Source: Nitrospirota bacterium
GTDB taxonomy: Bacteria; Nitrospirota; Thermodesulfovibrionia; Thermodesulfovibrionales; UBA6898
Assembly (NCBI GenBank): GCA_021813425.1
Contig: JAKAKQ010000325.1
Location: 1-36,630, forward strand
Direction: 5' to 3'
DNA: 36,630 bases
Below, one piece after another: positions 26,767-36,000 of this stretch (within the stretch, counting starts at the first letter, position 1; each line of letters opens with the position of its first letter). The position numbers and the translations under genes are program-made. The notes under the pieces are model-generated. The model saw only the letters and a list, made by a program, of their open reading frames with translations. It was not told the DNA's origin and searched no databases.

Positions 26767-28581
26767 TTACATCGTAACCTTTGTCAGCACACCATGTAGT
26801 TTCTTTGGAGGGAATTTGTAAAACCGTATAAATGTCGGGGTATTCCTTTTTATGAAATAAAACGCCTTCCATACGGGATTGCTCGTAGTGATATCCTCTA
26901 CCCCGTAAAAAACAGACCTCTCCTCCACACCTGCTTCCCTTAGTATCTCCTCTATATCAACTACTTCCATATATCCCATCTGTATTTCGAATAACCTGAG
27001 ACCTTTCGAAATATCCTCCTTGAAAAAGCCCGTCACGCCGAAAGGGTCTTCCCTTTTGATGATCGATACGAAGATATTGTCTTCATACAAAATGCCGTGA
27101 TAGAACATCGTCTGTGTAATGTAAAATGGGATCTCCTTTATATCTCTTATAAGGAATAAGGCCGTACCGTAAATCTTTTCAGTGGTTTCATATACCCTGT
27201 TGAATTTAAGGAGAAAATCTTCAAGAGGTATAAAATCCATCATCCTGTAAAGCCTCTTCTGACCTTCTTTATAGAGGATTATCATCGCAAACGGGATCGA
27301 GCCGATTATTAAGGACCAGTAACCTCCATGTGGTATCTTGTAGAAATTCGCACCGAGATAAGCAGCATCCACAAAGGTCACGAAAAGGGATATAACCGAA
27401 AGCACCTTTTTTTTCTTCAGATAAAATATCCATGTCATCATAATGCCGGTCAGCGTCATCGTGCCTGTAACCGCAAGACCGTAGGCTGCAGCAAGACGGC
27501 TTGATTCCTGGAACTCCATCATGATAAAAAGCACCGAAAGGAGCAGAAACCAGTTGACAGAGCCGAGATATATCTGCGACCTTCTCTCAACAGAGGTATA
27601 ATCAACCTTGAACATAGGCATAATCCTTGTAGTTATTCCCTGATAGACTATCGAGAACATCCCGCTTATCATGGCCTGGGATGCAATTACAGTTGCTGAA
27701 ATGCTCAGAAGAAGGAAAGGCACATAGGCGGCCCTGACATGGTGAAAAACCGTCTCGAAAAGTATATTCTTAGCATCGGGGTGCCTCAGCAGAAAGGCCC
27801 CCTGTCCCAGATAATTCAGCACAAGTGCGAAGAAGACAACTGCCCATGCCTGTCTTATCGGTTTTCCTCCAAGATGCCCCATGTCTGCATACAGAGCCTC
27901 CCCGCCTGTTGCGCAAAGGATTATTTCACCGAGGGCGATAAATCCGGCTATGCCGTTGTTAAGAAAAAATTTCAATCCCCAATAAGGATTCAGCGCCTGA
28001 AGCACCTCCGGTGCCTCCAAGACAGCCAATATGCCAATAAATGCCAGAGATGAAAACCATACAAGCATAATCGGGCCAAAAGCACCTGCAACTTTCTCTG
28101 TCCCCTTGTACTGAAACACAAAAAGCACCAATGCAATTATCGCGGCAATCAGTACAATTGAATTTTTGGAAAGGGTTTCAAGCCCCGGTATCAGCAGAGA
28201 ACCCTCCACAGCGCTGAGGATACTAATGGCAGGTGTGATTACACCGTCTCCGATAAGGAGTGAAACACCGACGATGGACAGCATCATTACAAAACCAGTG
28301 CTCCTTCCAGACTTCAGAAGAGAGGTTAGTATCTCTTTAAGCACGATGGTACCGCCTTCGCCCCTTCTGCTGAGGCTCATCGCTATCCATGCGTACTGTA
28401 CCGTCACAAGGGTCACCAGGGTCCAGACTATCAGGGAAAGAACACCGAGGACATTATCCCTTGTCGGCTGCATCAAAAGGAAGACCACGGTTAATGTATA
28501 AATGGGGCTTGTCCCGATATCTCCAAAGACAAGGCCGAGGGATTTAATGATGCCCTTTGCAGTGATCTGTTTTTCGCGCAT
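26767..28581 (-). CDS. kup: KUP-family potassium transporter
   Basis: 604 aa and polytopic. The N-terminal signature is LGLVFGDIGTSPIYT. A cytoplasmic C-terminal domain is present. Confidence 0.9.
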   Translation of the reverse strand: MREKQITAKGIIKSLGLVFGDIGTSPIYTLTVVFLLMQPTRDNVLGVLSLIVWTLVTLVTVQYAWIAMSLSRRGEGGTIVLKEILTSLLKSGRSTGFVMMLSIVGVSLLIGDGVITPAISILSAVEGSLLIPGLETLSKNSIVLIAAIIALVLFVFQYKGTEKVAGAFGPIMLVWFSSLAFIGILAVLEAPEVLQALNPYWGLKFFLNNGIAGFIALGEIILCATGGEALYADMGHLGGKPIRQAWAVVFFALVLNYLGQGAFLLRHPDAKNILFETVFHHVRAAYVPFLLLSISATVIASQAMISGMFSIVYQGITTRIMPMFKVDYTSVERRSQIYLGSVNWFLLLSVLFIMMEFQESSRLAAAYGLAVTGTMTLTGIMMTWIFYLKKKKVLSVISLFVTFVDAAYLGANFYKIPHGGYWSLIIGSIPFAMIILYKEGQKRLYRMMDFIPLEDFLLKFNRVYETTEKIYGTALFLIRDIKEIPFYITQTMFYHGILYEDNIFVSIIKREDPFGVTGFFKEDISKGLRLFEIQMGYMEVVDIEEILREAGVEERSVFYGVEDITTSNPVWKAFYFIKRNTPTFIRFYKFPPKKLHGVLTKVTM

Positions 28582-28654
28582 GATTTTTTTATTGGATTAA
28601 AAAGGGCGGGTTGCCTTTAAGGATTTAATCAGATTACTGCTTTTCATGAATCTC

Positions 28655-28797
28655 TGTCCTCCCAAACGCCTGCGAGGTTAGCTGACGGGCTCGGGACTGG
28701 AAGTGCCCTATCTTCAATAGTCAAAGACTCTTGAAGAATACGCCCCATGTTCTGGGTCCCCCGCATCCCGTATCCGGGATTTAGGCTGCATTTTCTG
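28655..28797 (-). promoter_or_regulatory. c-di-AMP riboswitch (ydaO/kimA class) in the kup 5' leader
   Basis: The - strand RNA reads ...ccggauacgggauGCGGGGGACCCAgaacauGGGGCGUAUUC...gauAGGGCacuuccaGUCCCGAGCCCGUCAGCUAACCUCGCAGGCGUuugggagg. The blocks GCGGGGGACCCA (28764-28753), GGGG-N-UAUUC and CCCG-N-CCCGnCAGCUAACCUCG-N-AGGCGU (around 28689-28673) match the conserved core of this riboswitch class as I recall it. It sits between a good promoter and a K+ transporter gene. Confidence 0.8.
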
Positions 28798-28798
28798 A

Positions 28799-28828
28799 AT
28801 CATATTCCCTTTATAACTGTTTTGTCAA
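28799..28828 (-). promoter_or_regulatory. sigma70-type promoter driving the riboswitch-kup transcript
   Basis: On the - strand: TTGACA (28828-28823), an 18-nt spacer, then TATGAT (28804-28799). It lies immediately downstream of the rnr stop. Confidence 0.55.
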
Positions 28829-28835
28829 GGGAACG

Positions 28836-30938
28836 TTAAATACCGAAAATTATCTCTCTTTCCTCCATATCGATCCTGTCAACCCTTAACCTCAGATCCT
28901 GTCCGATCCTGAAGGAACGCCTGGTATGCCTGCCGCAAAGACGCATGGTTTTGTCATCGTACTGGTAGAAATCGTCCGTAAGATAAGAGACATGTAAAAA
29001 ACCGTCTATATAAAATTCCTTCAATCTTACCTTAAGCCCATATGGCGTCACCCCGGTAACCCTGGCATCAAATTCGTCTCCGACCCTGTCTTTCATAAAC
29101 CAGACCCTCATGGCATCCATCACCTCCCTTTCTGCTTCATCTGCAAGCCTTTCCAGGCGCGATGAACTGAAGGCGATGTCAGGCAGCAGCGTTTCGAGTT
29201 CCTGCATCCTCTTGTCAGACAGATGTTTTTTTGTAATTACTTCCCGTAATATCCTGTGGACAACAAGGTCAGGATATCGCCTTATCGGAGAGGTAAAGTG
29301 GGTGTAAGATCCGGATGCAAGTCCAAAGTGGCCCACATTGTCTGAGGAGTATCGGGCCTGCTTAAGGCTTCTTAAGACTATATAGTTTATGACCTCCTCT
29401 TCCGCCGTATCTTTTATCGATCTGAGGAGGGCTGAAAAGTCTTTTGGCTTAAATGTCTTTTTCCCAAGTCTGCCGAAATGTTTAACCACTTTTAAAATAT
29501 CCTCGAGTTTCATGGGATCAGGTTCTTCGTGTATCCTGTAAAGGCTGGGTACTCCGAATTTTTCGAGATGTTCCGCGACGGCCTCGTTAGCAGCGATCAT
29601 GAATTCCTCTATGATCATATGGGCAAAATTTCTCTCGGCCCTTAAGATCGCCTCTGGATTACCCTGCATGTCCAGGACGACTTCCGGCTCAGGCAGGTCA
29701 AAGTCGAGGCTCCCTCTTTCAAGCCTGATTGATCTCAGGACACTGCATATCTCCCCCATCAACTCAAAATCCTTAAGGAGGTAATCATATTTCGCACGTT
29801 CCTTCGCATCCTGGTCTATCAATATCTTTCTTACAGACGTATAAGTCATCCTTTCTTTGCTCTTTATCACGCTCGGATAGAACTTCGCATCCAGCCTCCT
29901 GCCGTACCTGTCAAAATCCATCTCAACAGTAAAGGCAAACCTCTCGACACCGGGCTTAAGGCTGCAGAGGTCTTCAGACAATTCTTTTGGAAGCATGGGG
30001 ATCACCCTGTCCGGGAAATACACGCTCGTACCGCGTTTTCTTGCCTCGATATCAATACCTGAATCCCATGATACATAGAACCCGACATCAGCGATATGCA
30101 CCCACAGCCTGTAGCCGTGTTCGGTAAGGCTGACAGATACCGCATCGTCAAAGTCTTTGGCCCTTTCACCGTCTATGGTAACCGTGGGAAGATTGGCCAG
30201 ATCTTTTCGTTTAACACCCCCCCTTGGCAGAGGGGGGTAAGGGGGGGTAGTTAAAATCTTCACCTCGTCAGTAATAGTTTTAGGGAATCTTCCCGGCAGG
30301 TTGAATTCATCAACTATTGCATCAACGTCTGATCTGGGGTCTTCTGCTTTTTCGATCACCTTTATTATCTTTCCTGAAGGCGGCCTCTTCCCGGTCGGAT
30401 AAGTGATGATCTCTGCCACTACATTATCTCCATGCCTTGCCTTGCCCCTTTCCTTTGGCGCTATATGAAGATCAAACGGTATGGATTTGTTTTTCGGCCT
30501 GACATAAATCGCTGTCCTGGTGATATCGAGTCTCCCGACAAACCTCGTATATGCCCTGTCAAGAATTCTTATAATCCTCCCCTCGCGTTTTTCCCAGTTC
30601 TCGACCCTGACAATAACCCTGTCGCTCTTCATCGCGCCCAGTGTACCCCCGGGCGGTACAAATATGTCCCTTTCCCCGGGTTTTTCAGAGACCACAAACC
30701 CATATCCGTCCCTGTGCGCATCAAAATATCCTGTCACAAGGTTCATGTCCACTGCAGGACCGTAAAGCCCTTTGCGGGTCAGGATAATCTCGCCGCTGTG
30801 GAGCATCTCTCTTAAGACCCTTTTCAGCGCCCTGGCCTCGGGCCTGCTGAGTTCCATAAGATGAGCGATCTCCCTGAAAGACAAAGGTCTGGATGTCTTT
30901 TCCCTGAAGAAAAGCAATATGTTTTCTTTATTTATCAT
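28836..30938 (-). CDS. rnr: ribonuclease R
   Basis: 700 aa. It has an N-terminal HTH-like region and RNB domain motifs (TIDGERAKDFDDAVSV, YFPDRVIPMLP, HFGLASGSYTHFTSPIRRYPDLVVHR). A C-terminal S1 domain is present. Confidence 0.92.
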   Translation of the reverse strand: MINKENILLFFREKTSRPLSFREIAHLMELSRPEARALKRVLREMLHSGEIILTRKGLYGPAVDMNLVTGYFDAHRDGYGFVVSEKPGERDIFVPPGGTLGAMKSDRVIVRVENWEKREGRIIRILDRAYTRFVGRLDITRTAIYVRPKNKSIPFDLHIAPKERGKARHGDNVVAEIITYPTGKRPPSGKIIKVIEKAEDPRSDVDAIVDEFNLPGRFPKTITDEVKILTTPPYPPLPRGGVKRKDLANLPTVTIDGERAKDFDDAVSVSLTEHGYRLWVHIADVGFYVSWDSGIDIEARKRGTSVYFPDRVIPMLPKELSEDLCSLKPGVERFAFTVEMDFDRYGRRLDAKFYPSVIKSKERMTYTSVRKILIDQDAKERAKYDYLLKDFELMGEICSVLRSIRLERGSLDFDLPEPEVVLDMQGNPEAILRAERNFAHMIIEEFMIAANEAVAEHLEKFGVPSLYRIHEEPDPMKLEDILKVVKHFGRLGKKTFKPKDFSALLRSIKDTAEEEVINYIVLRSLKQARYSSDNVGHFGLASGSYTHFTSPIRRYPDLVVHRILREVITKKHLSDKRMQELETLLPDIAFSSSRLERLADEAEREVMDAMRVWFMKDRVGDEFDARVTGVTPYGLKVRLKEFYIDGFLHVSYLTDDFYQYDDKTMRLCGRHTRRSFRIGQDLRLRVDRIDMEEREIIFGI
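30211..30254. repeat. G/C-run hairpin element embedded in-frame in rnr
   Basis: The sequence is ttaac a ccccccc ttggcaga gggggg taa ggggggg ta gttaa. C7 (30217-30223) can pair with G6 (30232-30237) or G7 (30241-30247). The outer arms ttaac/gttaa are also inverted. It is translated as TTPPYPPLPRGGV. Confidence 0.8.
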
Positions 30939-31029
30939 ACGAATATTTTACGCCATGTTTCCGGATTTAGGTAGAAGATATAGGGGCTTGAAGAAAATTG
31001 TCTTTCGATGTCATTTACAAACTGCCGTA

Positions 31030-31281
31030 TCATTTAGAGGCAGAACGAAGAGCGGTAAGGGTATTCTGCCATTGATGAAAAAGCCTGGCAAAGGCATACC
31101 AGTCAAAAAAGTCAGCTTCATCTCCTAATTTGCCTGTTTCAAATTTCTTTAAAAAAACATTGGTGGAGAGATTATACTTTTTTTCAAAGTTTTTTAAGGC
31201 ATTCCTGTAAAAAGCTACGGCATTCAAGCAGAGGCTATATTCCCGTTTCAACGAACTTTTTAATTCCTTATTTAACTGCAT
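31030..31281 (-). CDS. hypothetical small helical protein (83 aa)
   Basis: This is an intact ORF on the same strand as rnr. No family was recognised with confidence. The segment YNLSTNVFLKKFETGKLGDEADFFDWY is reminiscent of small antitoxin-type proteins, but I cannot name a family. Confidence 0.5.
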   Translation of the reverse strand: MQLNKELKSSLKREYSLCLNAVAFYRNALKNFEKKYNLSTNVFLKKFETGKLGDEADFFDWYAFARLFHQWQNTLTALRSASK

Positions 31282-31348
31282 GTGATATTAATAGCAGTTA
31301 ATCGTAAAACAAGTCAAGGTTTAAGCTCTATGCAAAAAGGTTTGGGAA

Positions 31349-32101
31349 TTATTCTGTAATTCCAAAATCATATGCTTTGGTATTGCTGCCCCCGAACATT
31401 ACAACAAATCCTGCAGAGCTCACCGAATTTGTATTACCCACCAAGTAAGCATACTCACCGTGAGCTAATTCTTTTGCCGGTATAATTTTATAGACTTTAT
31501 CGTCCAGAATTTCGGAATCGATCTGAATTTCCCTGTCGGAATAATCATCTTCATAAACAACATAGCGTTTTTCTTTGTCTCTGTGATAACCGAGAAACAC
31601 AAGTTTTATGAACGACGGCTCAATTCTGGTATAAAAAACAGGTTTTTTCTCTGATAATCTCAATGTGGCTTTTTCACCTGCTATAAATAAAAAAATCTCG
31701 GAATTTAAAAAAGGCCCTGCAAAAGGAATCCATCGTTTTCTGTTAGAGACAGCAGAAGCCACTCGCACAGAAACCATCTCTTTATATTCCTCTCCTTTCT
31801 TGTAAAAAAATTCTCCTTCCGGTATCAGGGATTTTGGCTTTGCAGCTGAAGTCGAACTTTTTTCAATCATTGCTTTAATTATATCGGTAGGCACTTTCTT
31901 TTTCTTAAGATCTAACAGGGCTTCGGTGGAAGTATCAAAATAGCAGGTGGAATTTGTAATTTTCGAAATGACCACTTCGTCATTCAATCCCAGTTCGACC
32001 ATTTGAACGACAGTTTCGTTTGTGAGGACGTCCTTTGCAAGTGCGGTAGACATCATCAGGAACGTGAAAGTAATAATTAAGAAAAATCTTTTCTTGTTCA
32101 T
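31349..32101 (-). CDS. secreted hypothetical protein (250 aa)
   Basis: The signal peptide is MNKKRFFLIITFTFLMMSTALA|KD. An SD (aaggag) lies 6 nt upstream of the ATG. The N-terminal helical repeat (LTNETVVQMVELGLNDEVVISKI...VPTDIIKAMIE) recurs in many uncharacterised secreted proteins. Confidence 0.7.
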   Translation of the reverse strand: MNKKRFFLIITFTFLMMSTALAKDVLTNETVVQMVELGLNDEVVISKITNSTCYFDTSTEALLDLKKKKVPTDIIKAMIEKSSTSAAKPKSLIPEGEFFYKKGEEYKEMVSVRVASAVSNRKRWIPFAGPFLNSEIFLFIAGEKATLRLSEKKPVFYTRIEPSFIKLVFLGYHRDKEKRYVVYEDDYSDREIQIDSEILDDKVYKIIPAKELAHGEYAYLVGNTNSVSSAGFVVMFGGSNTKAYDFGITE

Positions 32102-32123
32102 GTTTTTCTCCTTGACAGACTAT

Positions 32124-32149
32124 CTTTCACTTCGACTTCTGAGCCTTTA
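32124..32149 (+). repeat. 26-bp direct repeat, copy A
   Basis: CTTTCACTTCGACTTCTGAGCCTTTA. Confidence 0.9.
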
Positions 32150-32258
32150 GGTCCGTTTTCTTAAAAAAGGCATGGTTTTGCCTCATCTTTCGCCAGGTAA
32201 AAATACATGCTGGAAAAACCTTGCTTTTAAAGCAATATTTTAATATTCTAAATATAAG

Positions 32259-32438
32259 ATGCTTCTCGAACGAATAACCATAGACCCTGCTGTGTGTCAC
32301 GGTAAACCCTGCATTAAGGGAACTCGGATACCCGTATTTGTGATCCTCGATTCTCTTGCTGCGGGTATGACCTATGATGAAATCAAAACCGAATATCCTC
32401 CGGTGACGGATGAGGACATCAGGGCATGTATCTGCTGA
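32259..32438 (+). CDS. DUF433 domain protein (59 aa; antitoxin-like), missed by the ORF track
   Basis: My translation is MLLERITIDPAVCHGKPCIKGTRIPVFVILDSLAAGMTYDEIKTEYPPVTDEDIRACIC*. This matches the DUF433 pattern (I..DP.vc.GkP.I.GTRi.V..il..l..G.s.eEI...YP.lt.eDI.a). It explains the region better than the antisense 120-aa ORF 32127..32489. Confidence 0.8.
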   Translation: MLLERITIDPAVCHGKPCIKGTRIPVFVILDSLAAGMTYDEIKTEYPPVTDEDIRACIC

Positions 32439-32562
32439 AATAAACAGGATCATCGAGTTATTTCTCACAACCGCTTCTCCGCAAGTCATCTTGCATTCCC
32501 TTATAATTCTCGAGCCAACTCGTTACAGAGTAAAAAAATAACATTTCGGCTATAGAAATCTC

Positions 32563-32588
32563 CTTTCACTTCGGCCTCTGAGCCTTTA
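32563..32588 (+). repeat. 26-bp direct repeat, copy B
   Basis: CTTTCACTTCGGCCTCTGAGCCTTTA. It is followed by tgtctatga, comparable to tgtttgtga after copy C. Confidence 0.9.
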
Positions 32589-32625
32589 TGTCTATGACTC
32601 TTTTATACATCAGAGAGTGATCAAC

Positions 32626-32859
32626 TCATCGCTCAAAGATAAAAGATACACCCCACTGGCTGTGTAATTTCCATCCTTGATTTGCGTGTGTGTTCAGCAT
32701 CTTTTCAATATCATCCTTGCTATCAGTGTCTTTTATGAAAGTTATCTTATATTGAATCACCTTCCCTGCGTCAGCCTTTTCAATCTTAATAACTGTTCCT
32801 GTCAGTAAGCCAACCAAAAACATGCCGAGACAAAGAATTATCAATGCTACCTTTTTCAT
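32626..32859 (-). CDS. small membrane-anchored protein (77 aa), tentatively DUF4177-like
   Basis: I prefer ATG 32859 (M12 of the track ORF), which lies 8 nt after aaggag. It has an N-terminal TM helix (MKKVALIILCLGMFLVGLLTG). The C-terminus ...DIEKMLNTHANQGWKLHSQWGVSFIFER resembles the GWEL-type DUF4177 ending. Confidence 0.55.
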   Translation of the reverse strand: MKKVALIILCLGMFLVGLLTGTVIKIEKADAGKVIQYKITFIKDTDSKDDIEKMLNTHANQGWKLHSQWGVSFIFER

Positions 32860-32925
32860 ATAATCATCTCCTTTTTTCTTTTCTGCCAGCAACAGACAGA
32901 TTATTTGTTTATGTAATCGCTGCCT

Positions 32926-32951
32926 CTTTCACTTCGGCATCTGCGCCTTTA
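32926..32951 (+). repeat. 26-bp direct repeat, copy C
   Basis: CTTTCACTTCGGCATCTGCGCCTTTA. Confidence 0.9.
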
Positions 32952-33028
32952 TGTTTGTGAATGAGATAACATGCTTTGATAAGGTGTTCGCTGTAAAATT
33001 CATATATACTCATAAATATCATACCGAT

Positions 33029-36000
33029 CTACTGAGAGCGAGTAATAGTATAAGCACTGGTTGTAGAATATGCTCCTTGATATCCATATATTTGTACAGC
33101 AAAATATCCTGTTGCAGTGGTCGTATAAGTAATTGTTTCGTTTTGTCCAGCAGGATTTGTAGATTCTTTTAGCCAATGTTGTGATGAATTCGAACTATCC
33201 GGACCGTATAATGCCATATCGTAATCAAGCCCGGCAGGGACTGTTAGTGTGAAGCTTATTGTCGTTCCACTACTGACGTATACATCGAACCAGTCTTTAT
33301 CGGTACTCGATGAAATCTTTCCCGTGCAACCCACATTTAATGTCAGTGGATTTGCCTGAGAGGAGGAATCATTTGGCTCAACCTCTGAACAACTACTTGC
33401 AGGCGCTCCAGACTGAGTTAATGTAAAAGTCTGTCCTGCTATAGTTATTGTCCCTGTCCTCGAACTTGTACTGCTATTAGAAGCCACAGAATAATTCACA
33501 GTCCCGCTGACACCCCCACTACTGCCTGAAGTAATAGTTATCCAACTATAGCTACTACTCGCTGTCCAGCTACATCCACTCGATGTTGTTACGCTTACGC
33601 TTCCATATCCTCCACTTGAACCAAACGATTGACTTGCTGGTGAAATAGAATAAGTGCAACTGTTGTAGCCTGTCCCTGTAAGGGCAATAGTATTGGTTCC
33701 TATAAAGGTTGCAGTACTCGATACTGTTGCAGTTCCGTTGAACGTTCCACTACTTGTCGGACAAAACTGAACGGTTACATTTGCAGCCGATCCATTTGAC
33801 ACGGAAAAACTACTACCTGACAAAATACTAAATGGTGGATTTGGACTTGCACTGACGTTCCCGGAAGCAGTCCCAGTCCCTAATACATGTTGAATAACGA
33901 AAACAGCCGTGCTACAAGTCCCAACTTGAACGTTTCCAAAGTTCAATGATGTGGGTCCAACGGTAATCGTAGGAGTGCTATAGGTCACCGTCAGGTTTAC
34001 TGTTCGAGTTGCATTCCCATTTCCATCAGTAGTATTTGTAAAAGTTACAGTATCAACGTAATTACCTGATGTAAGACTATTGGCACTACTGTTTATTGAT
34101 ACTACGACTTGAGTGCTTCCGCCAGGCGATATAGTGCCACTGGTTGATGATAAGTTGACCCAGTTTTGTCCCTTGGATGCTGTCCAGTTAATGGAGGAAA
34201 CCCCGGTATTTGAAAGGGTGTATGTTTTGCTTAGAGGATTGAATGGACCGCCTTGAGGACCGGATGAATCGAATCTATCGATCGGGGTTACTTGAAGGGC
34301 ACCACCACCTGTCGATCCGATTGAAAGTCCAGCGCTGGCATAGTCATTGGAGGTGTCGGACTGGCCTATCGAGTTCTGAGTGTCCAGAATAATATAAACA
34401 GTATAATTACCGGTGGCGGCATTAGAAGGTATCTGAAGAGAGTGACTTTCATTTATGGTAGAGGAGCCGGCAGAAATGGCTGAAGTGCTGAAATAACCCT
34501 CTGTCAGCAGTATATTTGTGGAGGTGTTCTTAATCTGGATCTTTGTAGTTGAAGCGCCAGCATTGGCAGTACCCTGGTTCAGCACGGTATAGCTAATGGT
34601 CACATTGCTCCCTACTGTTACAGGGTTTGGACTCACACTGACCGAACCTGAAACTACTAAGTCAGGGGCTGCGGGAGGAGTGATATTACTAGCTGTTACA
34701 TTTACTACAACACTGTCATAATACAGGTAGTCAAAATCTAATTGCCCGTTCATAACAGTATCAACGCCAAAGTATATTGTATATGTTCCTGCTGGCAAAT
34801 CCATAACATTTATAAGTTCAGTTGACGGAAGATTAAAAAGAGGACCTTTATAAGCCCATAAAATGTAGTCTAAACCTGAAATCATATTCCATTGACTTGG
34901 GTAAACATAATAATAAAGACCAAAAGGTGTATCTGCCACAACCCACCAGTCAGCGTTAGTTCCTTCAAGGCTTCCTGGACCAAGCGAAACAGTTATTGAA
35001 AGGGTGTCATTTGTAGTTATATTTAAAGGCCCGTCTGAGCTGTTAGCCTTTATATCCGGAGTAATTACAGGATGAGTTTCATTCCAGAAAAGTTTATAAA
35101 GCGCAGCGGTATATTGAATAGCAAGAGGCATGAGTTTATCCCCAATTTTTAGCAAATTGCTATTCTCAATATAATCATCCACAATACTCCATTTCCGCCA
35201 GTTTTTAGTATCCGGCCAACCAGAGAACCAGCTAAGGTCGGCATTAGTAGTATTACCATCATAATTGTCACTTGGGAAGTACTGTGTGCGCTGTGCTAAA
35301 TTCCAGAATAGATCTTCAAGTTTCCATGTTTCTGGAATCGAGGTTTCTGGAATCGAATCTAATTTTTTAGCATCATAAGTTTTCCATTGTTTCCAATATT
35401 TAGTCCCATATTCATCTTTCTTTATATAATTTTCATAGGAATCCGACCCGCTAACAGGATCGTGAGGATCATTATGAACATGGGCTGGGACTGATACATC
35501 TGCTAAAAGGTGCGCTATTCTTCCTAAATACCAATAAGCCATCTCTTTATTTACTGGATAGATTTTTTTAATTTCATTCCAATAAAGACGTGCATATGCT
35601 AAAGCGCCTGTGTTATAAATATCAGTGAACAATCCATTCGGTTCAGACCAATCCGGTTGATAAAAATGGTGAAAATAACCAATGAAGTAATCATTATTGC
35701 AGAGATAGGTAACAGGATCATAGTCATCTTCCTCTTTTGTTCCTTCTGTTATTAACTTGCCAGATTTTGCAAGCTCGCACATATAATCTTGGCAGGCTAT
35801 ATTCCACCATTCACAACTGGGCAACCGATAATCTTCACCAAGATAAAAATAAATTTCATGAGATTTGTCATCTGGCCAAACATAGAAGGCTTGTTCTGTG
35901 ATATATGGATGGACTTCGATATTATCGTGGGCATACAGTATATTTGGGATAAAGGCTATAAAAACAGTTAACCAGAATAAAAAGACCAACTGCCTTTTAG

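Noticed and set aside
28582-28654. Intrinsic terminator as the riboswitch expression platform (aaaggcaacccgcccttttt)
   Set aside because: The stem is only ~5 bp with a bulge. I could not build a convincing terminator/antiterminator pair, so no feature is called.
32124-32149. Sigma-54 (-24/-12) promoter within the 26-bp repeat (GGC...N...GC)
   Set aside because: The spacing and sequence do not fit TGGCAC-N5-TTGCW. Copies B and C have no appropriately oriented downstream gene.
32127-32489. 120-aa - strand ORF
   Set aside because: It is antisense to a well-formed DUF433 ORF, its translation has no recognisable features, and it would start inside repeat-flanked non-coding DNA.
32860-33028. 37-aa - strand ORF reading through repeat copy C (..HKHKGADAEVKEAAIT)
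   Set aside because: The same frame is closed by stops in copies A and B, so the repeat is not conserved as coding sequence.
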